A DNA stretch of 64,000 nucleotides, taken from the NCBI GenBank assembly GCA_965223325.1, contig CBDCWI010000002.1:2848001-2912000 (forward strand), written 5' to 3'. The notes under the pieces are model-generated. The model was not told where the DNA came from, made no database searches, and was given only the letters and a program-made list of their open reading frames with translations. Numbering within the stretch: the stretch's first letter is position 1; each line of letters opens with the position of its first letter. This stretch comes from Candidatus Multivoradales bacterium. Lineage in GTDB: Bacteria; Acidobacteriota; Thermoanaerobaculia; Multivoradales; Multivoraceae. Position numbers and translations under genes: made by a program. Shown in pieces: positions 44,689 through 54,818 of this stretch.

Positions 44689-46131
44689 ATGCTCACCTCT
44701 GATCTCGGATTCGCCTCTGCCACCGATCTCACCGCCGCCATCCGCGCCGGCAGGCTGTCGAGCCGCGAGATCCTGGACGTTCTCCTGGAGCGAGTTGCTT
44801 CGCTCGACGAGAGCGTGCATGCGGTCACCGCCCTCGACACCGAACGCGCCCGGAAAGAGGCGGACCTGGCAGACGCCGAAGCCCAACGCGGTGAATCGCG
44901 CGGCCCCTTGCACGGGCTACCGATGACGATCAAGGACTCGTACCAGACCGCCCATCTGCGTACGACCTGCGGAGCGCCGGAGTATGCGGATTTCATACCT
45001 CGAGTCGACGCAGTGCCGGTCGCCCGCCTGAAGGCGGCGGGCGCCGTCGTTTTCGGAAAAACCAACCTACCGATCTGGGCCAACGATACGCAGAGCTACA
45101 ACGAGCTCTTCCCGACCACCAACAATCCATACGATCCGGAGCGCACCGCCGGAGGGTCCTCGGGAGGAGCAGCAGCCGCGCTGGCGGCAGGCTTCACGCC
45201 GCTCGAGTTGGGCTCAGACATAGGAGGTTCAATTCGAGGACCCGCCGCCACCTGCGGAGTCACCGGCCACAAACCCAGCTACGGCATCGTGCCCTTCGTC
45301 GGGCAGATCCCCGGACCACCTGGCACCCTGACCGAGGCCGACCTGGCGGTCGCTGGACCGATGGCCCGCACCGTCGACGACCTGGAACTCGGCCTCGATG
45401 TACTCGCCGGTCCCAACGACTGGAACTCGACGGGATGGCAGCTGAGGCTTCCAGCGCCTCGCCACAGTCACATTCGGGACTATCGCGTCGCCACCTGGAG
45501 TGAGGAAGAGAGCGCTCCTATCGCCCAGTCGGTCGCCCGAGGTCTAGAAGACGCGGCCCGCGCTCTCGAAGACGCCGGCGCCACAGTTCACCGTGAGCAG
45601 CGTCCAGACTTTTCGTTCGACTATGCGGTGCGCGTCTACCTGCAACTCCTCGGTGCTGCCCAGGCCGGCGGCTACTCACCCGAGGAAATCGAAGCGATGG
45701 CCGCGGTGCCCGAGGAGGGTGACGGCCTTGCGCCCGGTCACTATGCGCAGCGTCATCGCGCCTGGCTGTCGGCCAACGAACGGCGTCTGCAAATGCGCCG
45801 CAAATGGCACCAGTACTTCGGCAATGTCGACGCGGTCCTGATGCCGGCACTCCCCACCCCGGCAATCCCCCACGATCACAGCGAGCCGCAGGCGGCCCGC
45901 ACGATCGACGTCGATGGTGCAAGCCGCCCCTACCTCGAGCAGATTTCCTGGGCCGGGCTCACCGGCGTGGCGTGGCTACCCGGTACGGTCGTGCCGGTCG
46001 CCGCGACCGCAGACGGCCTCCCGATCGGTATCCAGGTCGTTGGCCCCTTTCTCGAGGACCGCACCTCTCTGTTCGTCGCGCGGTTCCTCGAACGCTCACT
46101 CGGTGGCTTCAGGCGACCCCCTGGCTTCTGA
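44689..46131 (+). CDS. Amidase signature family protein
   Basis: GPLHGLPMTIKD, GKTN, GGSSGG, GSDIGGSIR, GLPIGIQ. Confidence 0.93.
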   Translation: MLTSDLGFASATDLTAAIRAGRLSSREILDVLLERVASLDESVHAVTALDTERARKEADLADAEAQRGESRGPLHGLPMTIKDSYQTAHLRTTCGAPEYADFIPRVDAVPVARLKAAGAVVFGKTNLPIWANDTQSYNELFPTTNNPYDPERTAGGSSGGAAAALAAGFTPLELGSDIGGSIRGPAATCGVTGHKPSYGIVPFVGQIPGPPGTLTEADLAVAGPMARTVDDLELGLDVLAGPNDWNSTGWQLRLPAPRHSHIRDYRVATWSEEESAPIAQSVARGLEDAARALEDAGATVHREQRPDFSFDYAVRVYLQLLGAAQAGGYSPEEIEAMAAVPEEGDGLAPGHYAQRHRAWLSANERRLQMRRKWHQYFGNVDAVLMPALPTPAIPHDHSEPQAARTIDVDGASRPYLEQISWAGLTGVAWLPGTVVPVAATADGLPIGIQVVGPFLEDRTSLFVARFLERSLGGFRRPPGF

Positions 46132-46148
46132 CTGGGGTCGCCAGCGCT

Positions 46149-47402
46149 TCAAGGAATGCGCTGTTCGATGAAACGCCGGATGGGCTCGAAGACCGCTTCG
46201 ACCGCATCTTCGGCCACCAGGACATCGAGATGCCCGTGGTTCTCCAGCACATGGAGGTCGACGTCGGGTGATCCTGACTTGCCGGCCGAGTACAAGCCGT
46301 CGAGCAGCCAGTCGACACCCAGGGCCTCGGTGCCGAAGTGGAGAATGGGCACCGTCATCTCGCCCCAGCAGTCGTCGAGGGAGGTACCGGGATGGTCCGC
46401 AACCATGGTCTGTAGCCGACCCTCGAGATCCTGCACACGCGGCCAGTAGCGATCGTAATCGGCCAGGAGGCGCGCTAGCACCTCAGGTCGGGTGACGCCT
46501 TTGCCACCGTCGGAGCGCTGGGCGCCCATCGGGTTCGCCAGGCGTCCCGGCCCCCAAGCACCGAAGAGCACACTTGCGACCTGCTCGCCCACGTTGCCGT
46601 AGCGCTCGGCACGTTGGTCGCCGACCGCGGGGCCCGACGGATCAGAAAAGGCGGCCCGCATCAAACGATCTCGATTCTGCCAACCAATGCCGGCAGCCAC
46701 GTCAGACACCAGTTTGCCGCTACCCTCGACCTGGGCGCGGGCGGCAGTCAGATCGCCGGCCTCGGTCGTCCTGTCGGCGCTGCTCTTGTGGCTCTTGAAC
46801 ATTCCGTCGAGCGCTATCAGGCCGTCAACCTGCGCCTCACCCGGCTGGCAGGTGAGCGCGTAGGCAAACGAGACCCCACGGCTAAAACCCGCAACATGAA
46901 GCGGTATCTCACCGATCTCAGAGCGGACGAACTCCGCAGCGGCGCGCGCATCAGCGACGAAAGACTCAACCGTCCACTCGGCCAGCGCCTCGAAACCGTC
47001 TTCTATGTCGGCTCCGATCTGGTGCGTGCGGTAGTCGAGTGTGTAGACCACGATCCCACGCGCAGCCAGGTAGAGCCACAAGTTGTAGCGCTCGTCGTTG
47101 AGGGCCACCGCACCGTTCATGTTGGTGCCGGGCAGGTAGAAGAGCGCGGCGCGCGGCGGGGCGGCGGAGCGGTAACGATGGACCTGAATCGTGTCCCACT
47201 TGCCACGCGGCTCGCGCGACGAACGCCAGACGGTCTCCTTGACCGAACCGCCCTCGCCAACCGCACGGGGTTGAACCACCGGCCTCCACTCCTGGGCCTG
47301 GGTCGGTGCGGGAAGGGCGTTGGCAAGGCTCAGGGCGACCAGGGCGCTCAAGACGATCGGTCGTTTGAGGCGTTGGACTGGGTAGCTCGGAAGGCGTTCC
47401 AT
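46149..47402 (-). CDS. Exported alpha/beta hydrolase
   Basis: Signal peptide; GFSRG nucleophile elbow; GHLD catalytic His. Confidence 0.8.
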   Translation of the reverse strand: MERLPSYPVQRLKRPIVLSALVALSLANALPAPTQAQEWRPVVQPRAVGEGGSVKETVWRSSREPRGKWDTIQVHRYRSAAPPRAALFYLPGTNMNGAVALNDERYNLWLYLAARGIVVYTLDYRTHQIGADIEDGFEALAEWTVESFVADARAAAEFVRSEIGEIPLHVAGFSRGVSFAYALTCQPGEAQVDGLIALDGMFKSHKSSADRTTEAGDLTAARAQVEGSGKLVSDVAAGIGWQNRDRLMRAAFSDPSGPAVGDQRAERYGNVGEQVASVLFGAWGPGRLANPMGAQRSDGGKGVTRPEVLARLLADYDRYWPRVQDLEGRLQTMVADHPGTSLDDCWGEMTVPILHFGTEALGVDWLLDGLYSAGKSGSPDVDLHVLENHGHLDVLVAEDAVEAVFEPIRRFIEQRIP

Positions 47403-47522
47403 GGTTTCCCCCCTTTCTGCGGGTAGTGCTCTGGTGATCGTTGGCCAGAACGCTTTGACTGGTCGTCATCTTCTCACCCTGGGTGCCCCGGAGGGCCTCC
47501 GGTCCAGCCGCTACGATGGGGA

Positions 47523-48566
47523 ATGTTCAGAAACGACTGGCTGGCAGCAGTCGAGGAGCCCGCGCTCGAGCCCGAACTCGAGATCTGCGACCCTCATCAC
47601 CACCTTTGGCAACGTGCCGAGAGCTGCTACCTGGTCGAGGACCTCGAAGCAGATGTCGAGGGGACTGCCGGCGGGCATCACGTGACAGAAACGGTGTTCG
47701 TTGAGTGCAGCGCCTATTACCGAGACAACGGCCCGACTGCGCTTCGGCCGGTGGGCGAGACCGAAGGGATAGAGCAGCTGGCGACGGCGTCGACGGGCTC
47801 TCTGGATGTGGCCGCCATCGTCGGTTTCGCCGACCTGTTGCTCGGCGACAGGGTCGACTCGGTACTCGAGGCTCATCTCGAAGCCAGCCCGCGCTTTCGC
47901 GGCATTCGTCATGCCGCCGGTTGGGACGAGAGTGACGAAGTGCGCAATTCCCATTCGAAGCCCTTCCGCGGGATGCTGCTCGATGAGAGGTTCCGGCGCG
48001 GCTTTGCGCGCCTCGCCCGTTACGACCTGACCTTCGACGCATGGCTCTACCATCATCAGCTCGACGAGCTCACCGACCTGGCCAGAGCGTTCCCGGGGAC
48101 GACGATCATTCTCGACCACCTCGGAGGACCGCTCGGTATTGGCCCCTACGCCGGCCGACAAAACGAAGTGCGGAAGATCTGGCGGCGCGGCATCGAGGCC
48201 GTCGCCAGTTGCCCAAACGTGATGGTGAAACTTGGCGGTATCCAGATGCCAATCAACGGCCATCGTTTCCACCACCAGGACCGTCCACCGACATCGGCCG
48301 AGCTCGCCGAGACGGTAGGTCCCTGGTATCGCGAAACCCTCGACCTCTTCGGCCCCGACCGCGCGATGTTCGAAAGCAACTTCCCCGTTGACCGCGCCTC
48401 GTGCTCCTACACGGTGCTCTGGAACTGCTTCAAGCTCCTCAGCGCTGATCTCAGCGCCAACGAACGTCGGCTGCTGTTTCGAGACACCGCGAAGCGTGTC
48501 TACAGGCTCTCCTCGGTGCACCGACCTCCCGGGGACGTCGCAACCAGGGTTCCGACCCGTGAGTAG
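47523..48566 (+). CDS. Amidohydrolase family (Amidohydro_2) protein
   Basis: DPHHHLW, RFRGIRH, LDHLGGP, FESNFPVD. Confidence 0.9.
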   Translation: MFRNDWLAAVEEPALEPELEICDPHHHLWQRAESCYLVEDLEADVEGTAGGHHVTETVFVECSAYYRDNGPTALRPVGETEGIEQLATASTGSLDVAAIVGFADLLLGDRVDSVLEAHLEASPRFRGIRHAAGWDESDEVRNSHSKPFRGMLLDERFRRGFARLARYDLTFDAWLYHHQLDELTDLARAFPGTTIILDHLGGPLGIGPYAGRQNEVRKIWRRGIEAVASCPNVMVKLGGIQMPINGHRFHHQDRPPTSAELAETVGPWYRETLDLFGPDRAMFESNFPVDRASCSYTVLWNCFKLLSADLSANERRLLFRDTAKRVYRLSSVHRPPGDVATRVPTRE

Positions 48567-48639
48567 GCCTTCATATACTCGGACCTTCGGTCGTCTCATT
48601 GTGGTCCGGGTCATTGTGGCCCTTCGAGGAGAAACGTAG

Positions 48640-50403
48640 ATGTTTCAACGAGACTCGTCGCTGGCCCGCCGTTGTTCGAGGAAATGCAAACTGCCCCTCG
48701 TTCGACTCCTGGCGCTCGGCCTGGCCTTCGCAGCCTCCGCCTTCGCGCAGCAGAGTGAACCACTGCCTGAGGTGTTCAGTGATCAGGTCGACGTCCGAGT
48801 GGTCAACGTCGAGGTGGTGGTCACCGACAAAGACGGCAATCGAAGAAAAGGGCTCGAACCGTCCGACTTCAGGCTTCTGGTTGATGGTTTAGAGACCGCC
48901 ATCGACTACTTCAGCGAGGTGCAGGACGGTCGCGTCGTCGACCAGCACGCGGGCAGCGTGTCGTCGGTACCCACGCTCGAACGCGGCCGTGACGTCGGCA
49001 CCAACTACCTGGTGTTCATCGACGACTGGTTCTCGATTGGCCGCGACCGCGACCGCGTCCTTTCGAACCTCGAGCAACAACTCGCGGGCATCAGGCCGCG
49101 AGACCGCGTCGCGATGGTCGCGTTCGATGGTCGCAAGCTCGACATGCTCACCACCTGGACGAATTCGCCTCGCGAGATCCGGCGGGCCCTTCAGCGCGCT
49201 CAGAGCCGCGACGCCAACGGCCTGGCCCACATGAGCGCCGTACGCACCAACGACGCCGAGCGCCGCGAACGACGCTACATGCGCCAGCTGCAAGTCGAGC
49301 GCGCGGGTCTCGAAACCGATCCGCGCGACATGATGCGCACGACCCTCGAGGGCCCTGAACGCGATTTCGCCAACCGCCTCACCAACGAAGTCAAGCGTTC
49401 GGTCGCTGCCGCTACCTCGACGCTGCGATCGTTTGCGCAGCCCGAAGGGCGGAAGGTCATGCTGGTGCTCTCCGGGGGCTGGCCCTTTGCACCAACTGAG
49501 TACGTCGTCAACGACTGGAACGCGACTGCCGAAGACCTTTTTTCGTCAGGCGCCTTCGATGAGAGCGGCTCTTCGGGCAGCAACCTCTTCGAACCGCTGG
49601 TGACAACAGCCAATCTGCTTGGCTACACCCTCTACCCGGTCGACGTCCAGGGCCTGCGGCGCGAGGACGCGAGCGACGCCTCGGTCGGAGTCTTCGAGCA
49701 GACCCTCGGCGAGCCGACAGAGGGCGAAGTCAGCCCGGCGCGGACTCTACCGCGCGAGCTCTACAATCACGCCAGTCTCGACTTCCTCGCCGAGCGCACC
49801 GGCGGCGAAGCGCTGATCAACGCCAAACGCGACCACGCTCTCGAACAGGTCATCCGCGATACCGCCACCTACTACTGGCTCGGCTTCCAGCCGCAGCGCA
49901 ACGAGGACGACGCGGCCCACACCATAGAAGTGCAGCTGCGAGATCGGCCCGGCCTTCGGGTTCGCGCCCGCGCGGGGTTTGTCGATCTGTCGCGTTCGAC
50001 CGAAGTCACCATGTTGGTCGAGAGTTCCTTGCTGGTCGGTGATCCGCCAAGCGCCAACCCGCTGGGACTTGCTTTCGGTAAACCAAAGAAGCGGCGCGGG
50101 CGCACCACCATGCCGCTCGAAGTGCGCATCCCGCTCGACGAGATCGTGCTCCTGCCAACCGCCGGGCGCTTCCGTAACGACCTCGAGGTTCGGATCACGG
50201 TCATGGACGAGCGCGGCAATCGCTCGCCGGTGTCGATCGATACGGTGAGCATCAACGGCGCCGCGGCACCGCGTCCCGGTCAGTACTACACCTACATCAC
50301 CGACTTGACGCTCAAGTCGCGCCAACATCGCATTGTCGTCGCGGTCTTCGACCCCATCAGCGGCGCCATTCTGTCGAGTTCGGGCGAAATCGGGTTCCGT
50401 TGA
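48640..50403 (+). CDS. Exported VWA-domain protein (acidobacterial VWFA-related type)
   Basis: VRVVNVEVVVTDKDGN..KGL..SDF, GRKVMLVLSGG, YPVD, LAERTGG, YYWLGF, VRARAG. Confidence 0.85.
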   Translation: MFQRDSSLARRCSRKCKLPLVRLLALGLAFAASAFAQQSEPLPEVFSDQVDVRVVNVEVVVTDKDGNRRKGLEPSDFRLLVDGLETAIDYFSEVQDGRVVDQHAGSVSSVPTLERGRDVGTNYLVFIDDWFSIGRDRDRVLSNLEQQLAGIRPRDRVAMVAFDGRKLDMLTTWTNSPREIRRALQRAQSRDANGLAHMSAVRTNDAERRERRYMRQLQVERAGLETDPRDMMRTTLEGPERDFANRLTNEVKRSVAAATSTLRSFAQPEGRKVMLVLSGGWPFAPTEYVVNDWNATAEDLFSSGAFDESGSSGSNLFEPLVTTANLLGYTLYPVDVQGLRREDASDASVGVFEQTLGEPTEGEVSPARTLPRELYNHASLDFLAERTGGEALINAKRDHALEQVIRDTATYYWLGFQPQRNEDDAAHTIEVQLRDRPGLRVRARAGFVDLSRSTEVTMLVESSLLVGDPPSANPLGLAFGKPKKRRGRTTMPLEVRIPLDEIVLLPTAGRFRNDLEVRITVMDERGNRSPVSIDTVSINGAAAPRPGQYYTYITDLTLKSRQHRIVVAVFDPISGAILSSSGEIGFR

Positions 50404-50490
50404 AACGTTGTTGCGATGCGCACCTCCGGTGGTTTCGCGGTGCTCGTGAGTGGCGACATCGCGACGGCGCCTCGCGTTACCACGAGCCAG

Positions 50491-52248
50491 CTACCGCGCA
50501 AGCGCTACGGCGCGACTCCAGCCGAGTGCCGTGCCACTTTCGAAACCGTCGGCAAAAATATCGCGGCCAAACTCGTGGGCGCCGATGTCCCAGTGGGCTC
50601 CTATCGGTCTCGAGCCCCCGAACGCGTCCCTCGCCAGGTCGATTCCATAGCGGGAGTTGAACAGGCTATACACCGAGTCCGCCGCTCCCGCATCGATCGC
50701 CGGTGAGCCGCGCGCAAGGCGCAGGTCGCCAGCCGGCGCATCGACGAATCGAGGCTGTCCGATGAAGCTCGACTGACCCTTGCCGGTGGCAGCCTGGAAC
50801 GATGCGAGATCGCGAATCATACCGTCGGCCCATTGAATCCGCACATCGGCGTCAGCGAACAGGTTGTGGTGAACCTGCGACGCCGCCGCGAGGCTCGACA
50901 TCTCGAACAAGATGTCCCGACCCTCCGCCGTGGTGCGGCCCCCAAAGATGTTGCTATGGATCTCGATGCTCCCCGGGATCGACGGCGAGTGAAGACCGGC
51001 CTGGTAGGACCACAAAGTGTTGTGCACGACCCTTCGGTTGACCCCGCCACGCAGCACAATGGCCGCGCTGTCGTGCGCGTTGCCCGCGTCCCAACTCTGG
51101 CTGGAGTTGATGTCGTAGATGAGGTTGCCAACGATGTAGGCGTGGGTTCCAAAGCCGCCGCCATCGCTTTCGAAGCGAATCCCGGACTCACAGTCGTGCA
51201 GTTCGTTGAACAGATACCAAACGTACTCCGGGCCGTACTGCTGACCCATACACCCTGCCAGCGATGAGTTGCTCGGGCGAATGTTGAAGATGTGGTTCTG
51301 GGAAAAGATCACGTCGACAGCCTGCTTGGTCCACAGGCCTGTCTGTTTGTGCCCATGAGACGTGTTGCGACCAATGTAGAGATGGTGAGTATCGGCTTGA
51401 CGTGCGGTACCCGCATTGACCTGCAGACCGTCGCCACTGCAGCGCGCCATGTGGTTGTCGACCACCCAGAGGTAACGAACGCCGGCACCGATTGCGATGC
51501 AGTGTTTATCCTGGTCGAAGTCGGCATCGACATCGCCAACATCGTGAATCACGTTGTTGTACAGCACGACATGAGAGAGCTCGGAGTCCGGGTTGTACGA
51601 GGCAACTCCGAGCCCGCCACCTTGAAGATTGCCGTGAACCTTGTTGTGGCGTACGACGATGTGGTCTGAGTCGTACTCGTTGAGGCCCTTATCGGTGACC
51701 GTGAGCATGCCGACGTAGCCATCCGCAAGATCTCCGTCGGCGTCTTTCATGTCGAAGTTCTCGACAATCACGTAGCTCGAACCGACGATCTCCATCTCGC
51801 GGATGACAACCGTCTTCTGTTGCACGTTTGGGCCGCGAATGAAGATGGGCCGCTCCGCGGTTCCGGCACCATGAAGATCACGCGGACTACTGTGGGGATA
51901 GTCGTACACACCGTGGACCTCCACGACGCTGCCGGCTGCCAGCGGATCGCCATCGCGCCCTGGAATGGTGCAGCGCGGCTTCGCCGGGGTTCCAAAGTTG
52001 AACAACCCAGAGACATCGTCGCTACAGTTCGCGTCCGAATTGTCGACGTAGTGCGTATACGGGCCGTTGCCGGCATCGCGGTAGGGCTCCGGCCCGGAGC
52101 CAAAGTCGTACGACTGCGAGCCGTAGTCCTGGTGACTCTCGCTGATCCCGAAATCCGGGTTGGGAATGCCGAGGGGTGGTTTCCACTCCTGGGCGGCTAG
52201 CGGAGTCGTAAACAACAGGACAGCGATCTGCAGGGTGCGGGGCGACAT
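50491..52248 (-). CDS. Exported right-handed beta-helix (pectin-lyase-like) protein
   Basis: Repeated N-x-I/V-H-D beta-helix turns; GDLRL..GSPAIDAG...DIGAHEF (choice-of-anchor-Q-like); DIFADGFESG tail. Confidence 0.78.
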   Translation of the reverse strand: MSPRTLQIAVLLFTTPLAAQEWKPPLGIPNPDFGISESHQDYGSQSYDFGSGPEPYRDAGNGPYTHYVDNSDANCSDDVSGLFNFGTPAKPRCTIPGRDGDPLAAGSVVEVHGVYDYPHSSPRDLHGAGTAERPIFIRGPNVQQKTVVIREMEIVGSSYVIVENFDMKDADGDLADGYVGMLTVTDKGLNEYDSDHIVVRHNKVHGNLQGGGLGVASYNPDSELSHVVLYNNVIHDVGDVDADFDQDKHCIAIGAGVRYLWVVDNHMARCSGDGLQVNAGTARQADTHHLYIGRNTSHGHKQTGLWTKQAVDVIFSQNHIFNIRPSNSSLAGCMGQQYGPEYVWYLFNELHDCESGIRFESDGGGFGTHAYIVGNLIYDINSSQSWDAGNAHDSAAIVLRGGVNRRVVHNTLWSYQAGLHSPSIPGSIEIHSNIFGGRTTAEGRDILFEMSSLAAASQVHHNLFADADVRIQWADGMIRDLASFQAATGKGQSSFIGQPRFVDAPAGDLRLARGSPAIDAGAADSVYSLFNSRYGIDLARDAFGGSRPIGAHWDIGAHEFGRDIFADGFESGTALGWSRAVALAR

Positions 52249-52575
52249 AAGGTCAAGGCTACCCAATTCCAGAGTCTGGAGGCACCGTCCGGCTCCCTAG
52301 AATCACGGCAGAGAACCCCTCGAAAAGATGGCGCGGCCTGAAGAAATGGAGATATCCAACTAAAACGATATTTCATCTGCCCTCTCAGCGCATCGCGTCC
52401 ACCCGCTCCTTTCTACCCGCCCGAAGGGCAGAGCCTTCGGGTCTGCACTCCCATGAAGATGGAGACCGACCTGACCTCCGCCGCACGGCTCTCGTTTCGC
52501 CGGCCGGCCCTTGCCCTCTGCCCTTCTTGCGAAGGCGCGGGAACCTATTCATTTCTCTCTGCTGCGGAGTACCCC

Positions 52576-53937
52576 GTGAAGATTGATTCCACCCACCAAA
52601 CTGATGTTCGCGCCCCAACCCATGCCACGGAAGCCTCCTCATCCTCCACCGAGGTGGCCACCGCCCAACGTGCGGCCATCGACGAATACGCCCCGACTTC
52701 GCCTTCCCTGTTCGCGACCACAGCACGGTCCGCCGGTGGGCCGCCGCGGCGGGCCTTTCACATCGTAGCCGAGGGCGAAACGCTCTATGGTCTCTCGAAG
52801 CGCTACGGCGTGACGGTCGATCAGCTGAAGAGGTTCAACGGAATCTCCTCCGACTCTCTCCAGCCCAACACGCGTATCGGCATTCCGGGCCACGTAGAGG
52901 TCACTGTGCGGCCGGGTGAGACGCTCTACTCCATCGCCCAGAGGTACGGCACCACCGCAGCGGAACTAGCCAAGAAGAACGGTCTCCGCGAGCAAGACCT
53001 GCAGGCCCACCAGACCCTTATCGTTCCCGGCCGACTCGGACCGGTCGACCTGAAAGTCCGCGAAGGCCTGCACGTCGTCCAGGACGGCGAGTACCTGCGC
53101 GCCATCGCAGCGCGCTACAACGTCTCGGTCGAAGCGTTCATTCGCGTCAATCCTTCTCTGCAGAAGTCCACCGTGCTGCGCCGCGGCCAGAAGCTCCAGA
53201 TCCCCGGACGCCTGTGGGCCAATACCGACGACCCGATCGAGAAACCCACGGAAAAGCCCACCCGGCCCGTCGATCCTCGACCAGCGGTTCTCGAAGTCGG
53301 CGCCTGGATCGACGGTCGCTCCGATTCGATTCTGGGTCGGGCTCTCGGCGAGATGATCGCCGAAGATCCCTCGATCGCTCCCCAGCTGCTGCGCCAAATC
53401 GAACCCGCGCTCGACACCGGCACCATGAAGGCCTATCGGGCGCTCAACTCCGACCTCAACGAGTTGGCCGCCGGTCTAGAGCCCGAACTCGAGTCAGCCA
53501 CGGCGCTCTACGCACGTCGGTTCCGCAACACGGATCCGCGCATCGGCTTCCTTCTGTTCATGACAGGTCGCGCGTTGCCAACCCGAATGGCCGGGAAGGG
53601 CGACATGATCAAAGCCATCATGCAGTCGCACGCAGGGGCACTCGAGCGCGACCTCCAGGAAATGGCCGCAATGGTCGGCGATCCACCCTTCGGCTTTGAG
53701 CAGGTCTACGAGAACATCACCAACGACGCCGCCTGGGTCACCAACAACGCCATCGAGCAGCTGGACCTCACGCCAGAACAGCGCGAACTGTTCGCCGAGA
53801 AGGTCAACAGCGCGGTCGCCCAGCGCTATGTCGAGATCCTCCATGAAGCCGTGCCCGATGTCGGACCGGACCTCCAGCGGCTGCTCGAGCACGCCCTCAT
53901 CAAGAAGCAGATCAGCAACCTGATCAAGTTCCCGTAG
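52576..53937 (+). CDS. Protein with three LysM domains and an unknown helical C-terminal region
   Basis: HIVAEGETLYGLSKRYGVTV, VRPGETLYSIAQRYG, HVVQDGEYLRAIAARYNV; GGAG RBS before GTG 52576. Confidence 0.85.
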   Translation: MKIDSTHQTDVRAPTHATEASSSSTEVATAQRAAIDEYAPTSPSLFATTARSAGGPPRRAFHIVAEGETLYGLSKRYGVTVDQLKRFNGISSDSLQPNTRIGIPGHVEVTVRPGETLYSIAQRYGTTAAELAKKNGLREQDLQAHQTLIVPGRLGPVDLKVREGLHVVQDGEYLRAIAARYNVSVEAFIRVNPSLQKSTVLRRGQKLQIPGRLWANTDDPIEKPTEKPTRPVDPRPAVLEVGAWIDGRSDSILGRALGEMIAEDPSIAPQLLRQIEPALDTGTMKAYRALNSDLNELAAGLEPELESATALYARRFRNTDPRIGFLLFMTGRALPTRMAGKGDMIKAIMQSHAGALERDLQEMAAMVGDPPFGFEQVYENITNDAAWVTNNAIEQLDLTPEQRELFAEKVNSAVAQRYVEILHEAVPDVGPDLQRLLEHALIKKQISNLIKFP

Positions 53938-54064
53938 CTCTTCCAGGAAGGTTGGAGCCGAAGAGTCTTGAGAGGCTCCGGGCACCTCGGTAGCCCAAAG
54001 GGTCGGATCCGGACTACCATGCCTGGACTCTGACCCCCACCTTCAGAACGAGGAGAGAACCGGA

Positions 54065-54346
54065 ATGAAAGCCATCATCGCAAAGATTCCGATCCAGGAC
54101 GGAAAAGAAGAAGAGTTCGAAGCCTTCGCTAAGGAACTCGCCTCCAAGGTGCGCGAAAACGAGCCCGGCAATGAGATGTACACCCTCTGCAAGACCAGCG
54201 AGGGTGAGTACTACTTCATGGAGCTCTACCAGGACGACGCCGCGATTGCAGCTCACCGCGAGACCGAGCACATGAAAGCCGCCGGCCCGAAGTTCGTCGA
54301 AGTCATGGCCGGCAAGCCCGAGATCACCGTCCTCGACGTCGTCTAG
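54065..54346 (+). CDS. Antibiotic biosynthesis monooxygenase (ABM) family protein
   Basis: GKEEEFE...ENEPGN..Y...ELY.D..A..AH..TEH; strong RBS. Confidence 0.9.
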   Translation: MKAIIAKIPIQDGKEEEFEAFAKELASKVRENEPGNEMYTLCKTSEGEYYFMELYQDDAAIAAHRETEHMKAAGPKFVEVMAGKPEITVLDVV

Positions 54347-54427
54347 TACCCCGTACCATTGAACCGCACAGCGTCTGAGCGTTCCTCGCACTCAGCCACT
54401 ATCCGTTCCAATGGTACGGGGTACTAG
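54343..54427. mobile_element. MITE-like element, copy B (85 bp, internally deleted, inverted relative to copy A)
   Basis: Perfect 19 bp TIR CTAGTACCCCGTACCATTG / CAATGGTACGGGGTACTAG; interior matches the reverse complement of 8163-8328. Confidence 0.85.
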
Positions 54428-54460
54428 GGGTCAGGGTGGCCGGTGTCTCGAGCTAGCCTC

Positions 54461-54727
54461 CTAGATGCCCATCGCGCTCAGGCGCTCGATCAGGTCGCGC
54501 GCGGCCCGAGCGAGGGTTGGATGCTCGGCTTCGAAAGTCGCGGCAAGACTCTCGAGACGCGAGGCCAGACCACCCTCTTCCCCTTCGTGCTCAATCGCCT
54601 CCTCGAGGCGATCGATATCTTCGTGCACGGTGGCCAGCAGGCTGCGCACGTCGTGATCGGGGTGCTCGAGGGTAGTGAGCTCCCCGTGGAGCTTCTTCAA
54701 GTGTTCGACTAGCTCATCATGGTTCAT
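54461..54727 (-). CDS. DUF4404 family protein
   Basis: LKKLHGEL...FEAEHPTL...LSAMGI C-terminal signature. Confidence 0.8.
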   Translation of the reverse strand: MNHDELVEHLKKLHGELTTLEHPDHDVRSLLATVHEDIDRLEEAIEHEGEEGGLASRLESLAATFEAEHPTLARAARDLIERLSAMGI

Positions 54728-54818
54728 CGTCTCTTCCTTCAGGCGGCCCTAGGCCGCGCCCCGATTGCCGGCGCACCGCACAACAGGGATCTTAGCCGCC
54801 GTCGCTTCGCAGTAGGCG

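Noticed and set aside
52300-52345. Possible c-di-GMP-I riboswitch upstream of the LysM gene (GGCA...CGAAAAG...GGCCTGAA)
   Set aside because: The conserved GCAAA segments and proper P1/P2 pairing are missing; the resemblance is superficial.
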